64,000 nt of DNA, from assembly GCA_964106645.2 (NCBI GenBank), contig OZ067042.1. The stretch is one strand, 5' to 3'. The stretch comes from Podarcis pityusensis. Its lineage: Eukaryota. Within the stretch, counting starts at the first letter, position 1; each line of letters begins with the position of its first letter. The notes beneath the pieces are model-generated. The model made no database searches. It saw only the letters and a program-made list of their open reading frames with translations, and was not told the origin of the DNA. Below, one piece after another: positions 53,201 to 63,319 of the stretch. Made by a program: the position numbers and the translations under genes.

Positions 53201-56200
53201 AAAGAATGAACGTGAGAAGCAGGTAGTCAATATGAGATTTGTGAACAGGTAGAAATATAAGCGGCAAATTCAGCTGTAAGAAGAAGAAAAGAAGCAATTA
53301 TATAAATACCCAAACAATCTGGTTTTAAAACTGTATTTTTTAAAAGTCAAAATGTGTTTTTGACAAGTAATGCAGGCCTGGTAGGTACACTTTCTATTCT
53401 TTATGCAAAACATCTGAATTGCCAGCATGGGGTGAGTAGAGGTGAGGAGCAGGAGGCAGTTGTATTATAAAAAGTATCCCCCAAATAATTCTGATTAGGT
53501 GCAACCTTTTATTTTCACTGAATACAGTTGTATGCAAACACTACGTAACATACCATAGTTGAGAAAAGGACTTTTAAGGATATTATCTATGGCTACAGAG
53601 TGGTTGGTTTTAGTAAATAATAAATGCACATATGTATTTCACAACTCTTGACAAATGGATTTCATTCCAAAATAAGCACAGTTAACTCCAGTAATTAGAT
53701 CTAGGTGAATTTGGCCCATATTGACTCTTTTCAGATTGAATTCCAGTGTGCTAAGATTGATTTATTTTGCCAAATTGTTAAAAGGGTCCTGTAAGGCCCA
53801 AACAATATTAGAAATGGAACAATGTCATATTTCTCCTCTGAAGGGATTTTTTTTTTGCCTCAGGGATTTTATTACCTCTGTTGCTGCTTTCACCATCTCC
53901 AATTGGCCTTTGTGAATCTGGATATTCCAAAAAAAGCTGTTAAATAATTTCAGCAACACCCATCCCGTTAACCTAAAAGGGGCAATAAAAGTTGAGCCAC
54001 CATATAATAGTATTCATGTTTTATATACATTTTTAGTTTCAAGCAGCATGAAACAATATAAGAGAAGCATACACACAGAAACATGCTGCCTTTAAAACCG
54101 ACACTACTGTAGAAACACAGAACAGAGGCAACTAAATCAGCAGTAATGAAAAATGTGCAACAGTTGCAAAAATTCTATATAGAACAAACTGGTTGTTTCT
54201 TAAAAAAAAAAACAGACAACAGTTGTTGCAGCCTTAGTAAACGTAGCAAGAAGTTTACATCCAGTTTGAAAATGCAGAGAGTAACTTTGTGATGATAACA
54301 TGAAATTCATTTATGACAAAATGTTATTTTGTTTCATGGAAAAGTCTGTATTAGACTATGAAGCAAGACACACACACTATATATTCTTCAAGGGCAAATA
54401 CCAGGCCTTTGAGTTCAGCTTACACAACAGATAAGAGAAGCAGAAATCTGAGGCAACTAGAAACAGTTATCTCCATGTGAACACAGGTTGTATTTCAGCA
54501 CCCCCTGACATCAGCAACCATGATCTAGTTTCATTACCTGATCAAAGCAGGCGAGACATTTGCTACCATTTCCTGCAGAATTTTTCTAGCTTGCTTCTTG
54601 ACCTTGTTGACGTTTCTGGGGTCTGGCTGACCAGAGCCACTCACAGCAGACATTTCTGAAGCTTCCTGTTCAATAGCATTCTGCACTCTAGGTGTTACAA
54701 ATAAAGTAAGATGATTCTTAAAATAAGCTCAATATTTCACCTGTTTTTGAGATGCATAGACAGACAGACAGAACGTATAGCTACAGAATGTAGGGGAACT
54801 TGTAGTGCAATTATATTTACTCATGAGTACTTTTTAAATTAAGGTTCCAGTACAGTGACACTTTCCTAGTAGAAAAGCACACACATATACACATACCTCA
54901 AATGCACAAGGCAAAATATCTCAGTGTAAAGCCAGTATAAAGCCTATAAAGATTTTAGAAGTCTTCAGCATCTGGGGAGCAGTAACTAATCACTGAAAAA
55001 CAGCCTTCCTCAACCTGATACCTGCAGATGTTGATGAACTATAACTCCTATTATCCTTGACCACTGACCATGTTGACTGGAGCCGATAGGAGTTGTAGTC
55101 TAGAACTTTTGGACGGCAAGAGGTTGGGGAAGGCTGGAATAGAAAAGCTGGTGTACAACTCAAATTAACTTTATATGTCACACAATTTGACACATTATAC
55201 ACAGATGCCTTCATAATGGTTGCCTGCAGATTCCAAAATTGTGGAAACAAGTATCTAAAATATCAGGCACTGGGCATAAATAGTAGCAAACTCAGCTTCA
55301 TTGATTTAAAAATGGGATTTCTCAAAAAGGACAGTTCTTTTTCAAAGAAATCCAATAAATTGTATTGACAATGGAACTTTACAAAAAACAATGGTATTTT
55401 AATTTCTTACCTGTTGCTTTTCAGCACATTTTCTGTCACATTATTTGCAAACATACCCTTATGAACATCCCGTTCTTGCACGAAAAGAACATAACAGAGT
55501 CGCCGGGCAAGCCAACCTCTGTGCCTGCAACAATACACAGTAACTTAGCAAAACACAACCATGAGAAATATTGCATTCAATATTGTCAATCATGTCCCTA
55601 TCAGAACTAACTTTAATTGGTTAATTGATTAAATAGGTAGGAGTCAATCAGAAATTGGTGAGGCTAAGAGTTAAAGCAAACACTTTTTTTGTTTAAAGGC
55701 TAGTTTGGTCAAGTGTGTATGTATTACACAGTATGAAAAAGAAAATATTAAAGCAATCTTCCTTCCAAGCTTTCGTTTATTAGGCTGTTAAATTATTCTC
55801 AGATACTTGTTACCCCAAAGATACTCCTCAGATATTGACCCCAAAGCCACACATTATATTAACCAATCCAAGCAAATACAAATTCTCACCTTGGACATCA
55901 TTGCACTTCAATAAAAAATCATGTACATGTGTATTTTAAATGAATATGAACAGGTCTTATGGGGTTTGAACTTTCCACTTAGAAGACTTTTTCATTTAAA
56001 GGTCTAGGAGTTGTTTCAGATTATGTAATTAATTCAGAGATATGCAAGCAAAGTTCTGCTCCTGCAATGGATTTTACCCACTTCTCTTGCTGACGGCAGC
56101 ATATCCCAGTAACTGCTTGAGCATAAGGAAATCTTACAGAATTGTGGGCAATGATGAAGATAGAGGGTGGAATGTAGGGAAGCTGCACTGCATGACCAGA

Positions 56201-59200
56201 AGTGCCTTTCCACTCATCCATAGGTACCACTAGAGCCAATCCTCTATCCTTTAATCCAGGAATGGGGCACTTGTGGCCCCTGACATGTCACTCCTATCAT
56301 TCCTGACCCTTGGCTGTGTTGAAAGTTGGAGCCCACTAACATTTGGAGAGTCACATGTCTGCCACCCTTGCTTTAATGCATGGTTAAGGTTCCTTTAAGA
56401 ATGAAATGAAGACACAGTCTTCAAATCTAAATGGCCTTCAAAGCCATTACAACGTGAAAATCATATTGATGGCTGCCTAGTACCAGAAAATATTGGTAAG
56501 TAGATGCTTGCAAACCTTAAAATGTGATGGAATTCTGAGGATCAAATCCATTGCATTTGCAACCAACAAATGTTTTACAGCCCATTAATGTATTGATTTT
56601 GCATGTACTATTTTTAAATGTACTATTTAACAGACTCTCTCTGTGAATAGAGTCCCAAATACATAAATCCTTTTTTAATATGACTGTCTACTAAAGAGAA
56701 CAATAGAAAAATCTAAGTTGTGCTAACACTGCATTTTGCTGCTGCTGTTGTTTAATAAAAGTCTGGAACTTTCAAAGCTACTTTAAATTAGGTATCCAGC
56801 AATTTATTCATTCAAAAGTATGTCTATATTCTTACAATCCAATAGATACCTGGTTTTACAATAAGATTTGATTAGAAAGAAACTTACGAGTGGCTTTACT
56901 ATGCCCTTTGGGGGATCAAGTTCCAGTAATTTAGCTTGAAAGAAAAATGCTATAGGCCATCCTTTGCCAACCTGGTGCTTGCTAAAACTTGTAATTCTTT
57001 CCTCACTTCTGTTACATGTTTTCTTGGTCAGAGAATGAGATATACCTCTTACTGATCAAAATGTATTCTTTCCAACACTCCAGGTTTTGTACCAAAAAAA
57101 TAAAAAAAATTGTGCAGCATTTTAGGTTTGTTTGTTTGTTTATAATCACCATATATTCAGAGAGGAAAGTATTTAAAATGTGTAGATGAAAGTCAAAAGC
57201 CACATAATGAATAAGATTTACTATCCGGATTTACTAATACACAGTTTCATCAAGTCTGATGAAACCAGTATCTGTTACAAAAACTGTACCCAATATTGTT
57301 GCATTACCATCGTAGGAGTGAACTTCACAACTGGCTAGTAGAAAATTTGGCTGACAAAAAACCCAGTTACATTTTGTGTATCCTGCTTTTTAGTTGACAG
57401 CAACATCTATTTAGGTCAGTAGTGCAAGCTCAACCTGTACATTTGTGATTCCGCAATGAGTACAGCACGTGAACTCATAGTTTCTCATTACTGTAAGCCA
57501 GAGCTTTCTAAACTTTTCATGTTGGTGACACACTTTTTAGACATGCATCATTTTATGACATGGTAATTCAGCTTTATTAGCAAACTGGGGGTTAAACTAA
57601 CTCCTTTCCAGCCCTGGGAAGCATGCAGGGAGCGTTTGTGCGACACACCTACACACTGCAGTCGACACACTAATGTGTCGTGACACACAGTTCAGAAAGC
57701 TCTGCTCTAAGTCACTCTCAAGTATGTATGTATGAGCTGCAAGCCATTATGTAGCCTATTCTGGAAGTAAATTCAGTGAAAGAACAACGTTAACACATCT
57801 TGATTTTCATTCTTCTTGCTTATCCCCAACAATAATACAATACATATTGGCTTGGCTCACACATCACATTTAACTACTGTTTAAAACAACCTGTGGTGTA
57901 CTTTAGGTGTGAGGAACAGAATCCAAGTTGCATACCATATCCACTTTTGAGAGGTGGGCGGAACTGCCCACCCATCAGTCACCAGATGGTACATGACATT
58001 AGGCAATTCAACTTCAAATGCAGAATAGGAAGCACATTTTTTCATTTAAAAATCTGGATTGAAGCAGGGATTCCTACTGAAAGCAGGGCTTGCAGCCTTC
58101 CAGGAATTTAAATTTAGAGCCATCTAATAAGACCCACTTTCTGCAGGGATCAGCTCAACTTCAGTGCCAATTTAAAAGGCACAAAATGCAGTCTGTGCTT
58201 GCCAAGGAACAATTCAAAGTACAATTGCAATATGTCAGGTAAGCAGCACGTGAGCATGGCTGGGGAAGTGGAGAGAACAGCCTCACCGGCCATTTCAGGC
58301 CCCTTGATGGGTGTGATTTGGCCCATGAGTGGGAGGTTCTCCATCCTGGGCTTAATATGAATGAACAGTGATATGAACCAACATAGTTTGTTTTATGCTA
58401 TGGCTTAATGTGACATGCAAACTAGGCAATTGCTTTGTGAACAGTAGCATTAAGTATACAAAAAGAAGGCGGCTTACCTTGTGTGTGTTTCATTAATATA
58501 GATGACATTTCGAAGGCCCAAAGAAGGGATACTGGCATTAAAGAGCTTGTCCTGAAAGTTAAGAGAGAAACATGTCTTCCATTTCCAGTCATGGCTTCAT
58601 AAGGACCGCAGAGTTTATATATTATGGTGCCTTTCTTTAAAACAAGGACACGGAACACAAACCAACTGTGACAAAGTAGAATCTGAATTGAAACAATTAG
58701 ATGCCAGCTACTGTGAATGTTATTACATGGAAAGTGTGTTTCAATTAGTTACCAATATAATCTAATTTACCCGGCTTTGAGGAGTGCATACATAGCAACA
58801 GCGCCCCACAAAGGGCCGATTCCGGCCAAGTAGGGTCTCTTTCCATTTCAGAGTGGCTGATCGGAAGACAGTAGGCCTAGAATTGCACTCTCCCTAGAAA
58901 ACAGTAAAATACAGTAAGTGAAGATAGCACATTAAAGTCCATACACTATTTCCAATATATGAAACAGAGAGCGCCGAACCCTTTAAAAGACACACTGACT
59001 TCAACAGAAATTCCTGTGCAAGCATAATCCTCTTGCTGAAACAGATCAGACTCTAAGTCTTGACCTAGCCAAAGTTTATTACCCAATTACATGACTAAAG
59101 GTTAATCTTTTAATAACAAGATGTGATCCAAGGCCAAAACTTCCGTGCCTATAAAATCCCAAAATTCCAACCACTGTGCAAGATGTATAGATACACTTGT

Positions 59201-60869
59201 AAAATACCAAATGTCCTAACATGTTACAACCCTCCTGCACATTAAATAAGCTCCATTTGCACAACATTGCATGATGACAAAATAGAAAGTATGCTTGGGT
59301 GTTTTTTTGTTAAGATCACATTTAGGATTTGCAGGGGAGAAGTTACCACATATGGTAAGTTTTTTTAAACATATAGTGTGATGGGGAAATGCATAAAAAC
59401 AAACAAGCGCTGCAATCCTATGTACACTTGCTTGGGAGTCCCATGACAATCCCATGGGCTTATTTCTGAGTACACGTGCCCAGGGCTGGCCTCTAAATAC
59501 AGCAAGAATTACAAGTAATAGAGGGACACAAAAATGACTAGATCTTAATTGAAGAGGTTAGAGCAGACAGAAAAGTCAGAAAGCCAAATAAAAGGTAAAG
59601 CTTAACCAGAAAAAAGTAATCATTCCACACCTTTATTGGTAGCATTTGACTAATATTCACCCAGATTTATTAAAATAAACAAAGTGAAGACCCTCTAACA
59701 ACCCTAGTCATTTCTTAGCTTTTCTTACTATGATTTCACCAGGGACAGTTTGCAACACTAAACTTTTAGCTCATCTTTCTAGCCTTCTCTTTTATTGCTC
59801 TGACCATCTCTCCAAATCTCTGAGTTTCAGGTTCAAGCTTCTCCTCACCCATCAATATTAGATAATAGGTATTTTTCCTACCCTACAATTCTCATCATCT
59901 CCTTCATTTCATAAGTATCTTTATGCTCCACCCAGACATATCCATTCACTACTCCTCATGCTGATCGCCGAAGAATTGATGCTTTTGAATTATGGTGCTG
60001 GAGGAGACTCTTGAGAGTCCCATGGACTGCAAGAAGATCAAACCTATCCATTCTTAAGGAAATCAGCCCTGAGTGCTCACTGGAAGGACAGATCCTGAAG
60101 CTGAGGCTCCAATACTTTGGCCACCTCATAAGAAGAGAAGACTCCCTGGAAAAGACCCTGATGTTGGGACAGATGGAGGGCACAAGGAGAAGGGAACGAC
60201 AGAGGACAAGATGGTTGGACAGTGTTCTCGAAGCTACAAACATGAGTTTGACCAAACTGCAGGAGGCAGTGGAAGACAGGAGTGCCTGGCGTGCTCTGGT
60301 CCATGGGGTCACAAAGAGTCGGACACGACTAAACGACTAAACAACAACAACTCCTCATGCCTATTTCAAGTCCAGAGTGTGCATCTTCAGATTTTTTAAA
60401 ATCTGCATTAGATCACCCAGAAATCCCCCATATCTATTACAGTACATCTTATTTAGACCACAAAGTCATTAGTCATGGTGCAAACCCATCTCTTTATGCA
60501 TTATTTTAAACTCTTGATTTTTTCCCTATTTCATATTTAACAGTTACAAATAGAGAATCTTTTATGTTTCAAGCAAAGATTATCACCACAGCAGAGATTA
60601 TCACCAGCAGAAAAACTTACTACCCTTCCTCATAAATGTACTGAGGTGCATTCCTAATTTTCTGAAATAAGCAGAAGTGTAAGCTGATTTTCTTAACACG
60701 GGGAGAATAATTCTACACTTAAGCAACAAGGTGCTTATGAAAAAACAGAAAGCTATATCTTACATACCCATTCTTCACTGGAGTGTTTACATCTAGTCAC
60801 AGTGCATTCTGCCAAGGAAGAAGAATAGGAAACATCTATTGCTCCAAGTGACAAAGCAGCGTCATCCAT
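32093..60869 (-). CDS. GPAM: Glycerol-3-phosphate acyltransferase 1, mitochondrial; full spliced CDS, 20 coding exons, 2496 nt / 831 aa
   Basis: Manual translation gives MDDAALSLGAIDVSY...RQKLLEFILGFVVL*, colinear with mammalian GPAT1 as I recall it. Motifs HKSHID, GFFIRR, FLEGTRSR and IIPV are present. All introns are GT-AG with consistent phases. Confidence 0.98.
34024..34082 (-). CDS. GPAM: GPAM coding exon 19
   Basis: (A)ESATYCLAKNAVKVFKDMG; 59 nt; preceded by a 118-nt intron. Confidence 0.96.
34201..34390 (-). CDS. GPAM: GPAM coding exon 18
   Basis: VSQSQEHQQYITFLQKLLGPLLEAYSSAAIFIHNFSGPVRESEYLQKLHRYLITRTEKNVAVY; 190 nt. Confidence 0.97.
35130..35270 (-). CDS. GPAM: GPAM coding exon 17 (tandem acceptor; alternative start 35267)
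   Basis: QDEQEDISPSLAEQHWEKKLPEPISWRSDGEDEDSDFGEEQRDCYLK; 141 nt. Confidence 0.94.
36107..36259. mobile_element. Tc1/mariner MITE
   Basis: TA-cagtggtacctc ... aaggcacgactg-TA. Confidence 0.8.
37942..38019 (-). CDS. GPAM: GPAM coding exon 16
   Basis: PCQLLCQVCHEAIEQFIQYGILLVAE; 78 nt. Confidence 0.95.
38546..38662. mobile_element. hAT-like MITE (family of the 2248 element)
   Basis: cagggctttttttcag ... ctagaaaaaaagca termini. Confidence 0.6.
38893..38917. repeat. (CA)n microsatellite ~20 nt downstream of the exon 15 donor
   Basis: Direct reading. Confidence 0.95.
38938..39080 (-). CDS. GPAM: GPAM coding exon 15
   Basis: (A)CSLHAIQNKRHRNGINGIPPNMISQEQLVRKAASLCYLLSNEGTIAL; 143 nt. Confidence 0.96.
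39448..39712 (-). CDS. GPAM: GPAM coding exon 14
   Basis: GIDLSKLVEDFFSMKEEVLARDYDLGFSGNSEDVVMHAIHLLGNC...LHVFFKEAIV; 265 nt. Confidence 0.97.
41124..41480 (+). mobile_element. Sauria SINE (intermediate subfamily), antisense to GPAM
   Basis: gggtggcgctgtggtctaaacc head to ggtcctttacctttaccttt tail. Confidence 0.93.
41980..42050 (-). CDS. GPAM: GPAM coding exon 13
   Basis: ANKSCAVMSTHIVACLLLYRHRQ; 71 nt. Confidence 0.96.
43194..43309 (-). CDS. GPAM: GPAM coding exon 12
   Basis: PNYVVEEGTGAALPDSRDLSCEPLRRQLIANLAEHVMF(T); 116 nt. Confidence 0.95.
44816..44907 (-). CDS. GPAM: GPAM coding exon 11
   Basis: EYLDGQSQKPMPVPVPLSLEQTLLPAVLPS(R); 92 nt. Confidence 0.95.
45419..45472. repeat. (GGA)n trinucleotide microsatellite
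   Basis: Direct reading; explains the poly-Leu ORF 45315..45710. Confidence 0.95.
48146..48386 (+). mobile_element. Sauria SINE, 5'-truncated (short subfamily)
   Basis: TSD tatat(a/g)tcctgac at 48133-48145 and 48387-48399; many CpGs retained. Confidence 0.94.
48904..49017 (-). CDS. GPAM: GPAM coding exon 10
   Basis: GKPKKNESLWSVARGVFRMLRKNYGCVRVDFAQPFSLK; 114 nt. Confidence 0.97.
49420..49632 (-). CDS. GPAM: GPAM coding exon 9 (motifs III and IV)
   Basis: HIQELLRQQQFLEIFLEGTRSRSGKTSCGRAGLLSVVVDALYSNATPDILIIPVGISYDRIIEGHYNSEQL; 213 nt; matches ORF track 49300..49620. Confidence 0.98.
50398..50595. mobile_element. Tc1/mariner MITE
   Basis: TA-cagtggtacctc ... gaggtagcactg-TA with internal taacc(c/t)gaggta repeats. 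Confidence 0.85.
51107..51206 (-). CDS. GPAM: GPAM coding exon 8 (motif II)
   Basis: TLIHKLGGFFIRRKLDERPDGRKDILYRTLLYV; 100 nt. Confidence 0.97.
51352..51710 (-). mobile_element. Sauria SINE, full length (short subfamily), sense to GPAM
   Basis: Reverse complement of the consensus; TSD agttctgt(a/g)gta at 51340-51351 and 51712-51723. Confidence 0.94.
53137..53273 (-). CDS. GPAM: GPAM coding exon 7 (catalytic HX4D motif I)
   Basis: LNLPLIFLPVHKSHIDYLLLTFILFCHNIKAPYIAAGNNLNIPIF(S); 137 nt. Confidence 0.97.
53876..53972 (-). CDS. GPAM: GPAM coding exon 6
   Basis: LTGWVLLKLFNSFFWNIQIHKGQLEMVKAATE; 97 nt. Confidence 0.97.
54538..54687 (-). CDS. GPAM: GPAM coding exon 5
   Basis: VQNAIEQEASEMSAVSGSGQPDPRNVNKVKKQARKILQEMVANVSPALI(R); 150 nt. 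Confidence 0.95.
55411..55524 (-). CDS. GPAM: GPAM coding exon 4
   Basis: HRGWLARRLCYVLFVQERDVHKGMFANNVTENVLKSN(R); 114 nt. Confidence 0.96.
57499..57704. mobile_element. hAT-Charlie-like MITE
   Basis: TIR cagagctttct ... agaaagctctg; degenerate 8-bp TSD ctgtaagc / ctctaagt. Confidence 0.82.
58478..58551 (-). CDS. GPAM: GPAM coding exon 3
   Basis: DKLFNASIPSLGLRNVIYINETHT(R); cag/gtaagc; 74 nt. Confidence 0.96.
58771..58893 (-). CDS. GPAM: GPAM coding exon 2
   Basis: GECNSRPTVFRSATLKWKETLLGRNRPFVGRCCYVCTPQSR; ag/gtaaat; 123 nt. Confidence 0.96.
59962..60349 (+). mobile_element. Bov-B (RTE clade) LINE, 5'-truncated 3' end
   Basis: Open frame RRIDAFELWCWRRLLRVPWTARRSN...WRALVHGVTKSRTRLND*; (caa)n tail; TSD actcctcatgc at 59951-59961 and 60350-60360. 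Confidence 0.95.
60768..60869 (-). CDS. GPAM: GPAM coding exon 1 (exon itself starts at 60898, 29 nt of 5' UTR)
   Basis: MDDAALSLGAIDVSYSSSLAECTVTRCKHSSEEW; acceptor ...ttttctag, donor gtatgt. Confidence 0.95.
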
Positions 60870-61364
60870 GACACAGAACTTATATTCAATATCATGAGCT
60901 AGAAAAGAAAAGAGTCAGTGTTAAAGAAAACTATGCGGCATGCCTGAGAAATCTTTATAAGTGACATAGTATGTTCCTCTTTCCAAAGACCACTTGCTTC
61001 TTCTCTTTGTTCCCTGAAGCTACAATCCCATGTACACACTCTCATATTCACTTCCTAGTAAACATGTTCACCATGAGGCTTTGCGGTCAAAATATAAACT
61101 TGTTCCCTTTCAGTAGCCCCATCTCATTTTGGAAGTCACATTTGGTCTTCACATCTGCTCCATTCACATATGAAGAGGGGAGTGCAAATTACTACAAGGG
61201 AACATGAGTGAGCAGAGCTGAAAACCCACACCCTTCTCGAACCTGCATCCCCGCTGCCATATCCCACACTTTGGAACCCCCTGCCTATAGGCATCAGGTG
61301 AGTACCTTCACTTTTTGTCACTTGCTAAAAACATTTTTCTTTAGGCAAGTCTATCCAGATATGT

Positions 61365-61726
61365 GGGACACGGGTAGCGCTGTGGTCTAAACCACTGAGC
61401 CTAGGGCTTGCCGATTGGAAGGTCGGCAGTTCAAATCCCCGCGACGGGGGTGAGCTCCCGTTGTTTGGTTCCAGCTCCTGCTAACCTAGCAGTTCGAAAG
61501 CACGTCAAAGTCAGGTAGATAAATAGGTACCGCTCCAGTGGGAAGGTAAACGGCATTTCTGTGCGCTGCTCTGGTTACGCCAGAAGCGGCTTAGTCATGC
61601 TGGCCACATGACCCGGAAAAACTGTCTGCAGACAAACGCCGTATCCCTCGGCTGTAAAGCAAGATGAGCGCCGCAACCCCAGAGTCGTCTGCGACTGGAC
61701 TTAACTGTCAGGGGTCCTTTACTTTT
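61365..61726 (+). mobile_element. Sauria SINE, full length (intermediate subfamily)
   Basis: TSD tatccaga(t/c)atgt at 61352-61364 and 61727-61739. Confidence 0.94.
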
Positions 61727-62074
61727 TATCCAGACATGTACAAACTGTCATGTGTTAGATTTCAGCTTAATGCTGATTATAAATATTTTTAATGTTTTAA
61801 AAGCCTGTTTTTAACAAGGGAGTTACATATCATTTTGTTGTTTCATTCTTTTTTCAAACTGCTTTGACGTTTCATTACAAACAAGTGGTATATAAATGTT
61901 GATATAAAGCTAAATAACAATTGCCATAGAAACTAGGATACGAAGAGGAAATCTCAAGACTTCAGTACTCAAGAAGCATGCCATTTTAGTATACCAACAC
62001 TGACGCTGCATTTATATTCTTAAACATTCACAATGCAATATATTATTCTGCAAAATGCAAACTAGTCAACATGT

Positions 62075-62180
62075 TGATTCCCATGATCCAAGGGTGTATA
62101 ATTTCAAACTCTTTATTTTCAATTCCTTTCCTAATGATCCCTAGCATCGAACTTGCCTTTTTCACAGCTACCGCACCCTG
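62075..62180 (-). mobile_element. CR1 LINE internal fragment
   Basis: ttttcaattcctttcctaatgatccctagcat..gcctttttcacagct..cgcac, a typical reverse-strand reptile CR1 ORF2 piece. Confidence 0.55.
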
Positions 62181-63319
62181 TTAATTAGTATGGAAAAAGG
62201 TATGCTGGAACTCACCAACAGCAATTATCATCATCATTAGGAACATGAGGCTCCATGGCCAATGAAAAAGAGATGTAAGGCCATTTCCAGGCTCACCTGG
62301 AACTAAGTCACACTGAACCCATTAGGATTTATTCCCAAGTAAACAAGGATAGGGACTGAGTGCACATTAATTTAGAAAGAGGAAATTCAGATGATCTCTA
62401 GAGAAACAAAAGGTTCCTCTTTCCGACCCTGCTCTTTAGGTAGCTTATAAATTATGGACAGTTAAAACCAGGTACTTTAGCCTAATTTGAAGCAGCATCG
62501 TGTAAGGATACACAGCAGGGTCAAAAGCTCTGCTATAAATAAAGCACAACTGCCAGACGGTAGTATCAGGTGTTGAATATCTCTGAGTAGAAGGCGGCTA
62601 CTGCCAAGGGATTTCACTCAAGCTATGTAATCACCAGGGGAACGGCACCCATCTAAGCCAAGTTGGCAAGATGGTTGAAAGGACTTTCACACAGGGTTAG
62701 TTAAGTACACCAGTGACGGACAACTGCAGGGTCAAAAGAAAAGGGGAGAAGGAGAAGCAGCCCATATTAAAAAGGAAATTGGCTTTCCTTCCAACATCTA
62801 CTCTGACCTCAAGTCCAAATGCACTAAGCTGGTTCTCACAGCGAAAGAACGCCTTTCATCCACTTTCTGTTTCCGTCCACTTTTATGTTTGGGACAAAAG
62901 GCACCAACATAAAAACGCAGAGATGCATTGGCGCAAATGGGCCTCAAGCCGCTAGGATTTTGCAAGAACCACTCTCCCCACCACACCACCCCACACACGT
63001 TGCTAGTAACAAAAGCAACATACATATTTTTGCTAGAAGCCCATTACTCATAACTTTTGAACATTCTAAGGAGCTCAGCTATGACTTACAGAGGGCACAT
63101 TTTACAATGGCACTACCATGCTCGTTTCTAGTACTCTTGCTTCCTTCCTCCCACAGCTCTTAGGCTGGCCAGAAAGAGGTCCATCTCCATATTCCAACCC
63201 CCTCCTCCCGGTGCTGAATCTCTGGGCGCAGCACATGGGTCCATGCATGCATGCTGCTGCTGCTGGCCCTTGCCACCTGTCCCTTATTTCAAGGCACTGT
63301 CCCTTCCTTGGACGCAGGG

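Noticed and set aside
57244-57265. 9-bp hairpin containing CTGATGA (hammerhead or C/D-box-like)
   Set aside because: No stem II/GAAA arrangement or box D with a terminal stem; compatible with chance
59956-60399. Four overlapping ORFs suggesting a compact gene
   Set aside because: All derive from the Bov-B fragment; only the + frame is the RT C-terminus and it is 5'-truncated
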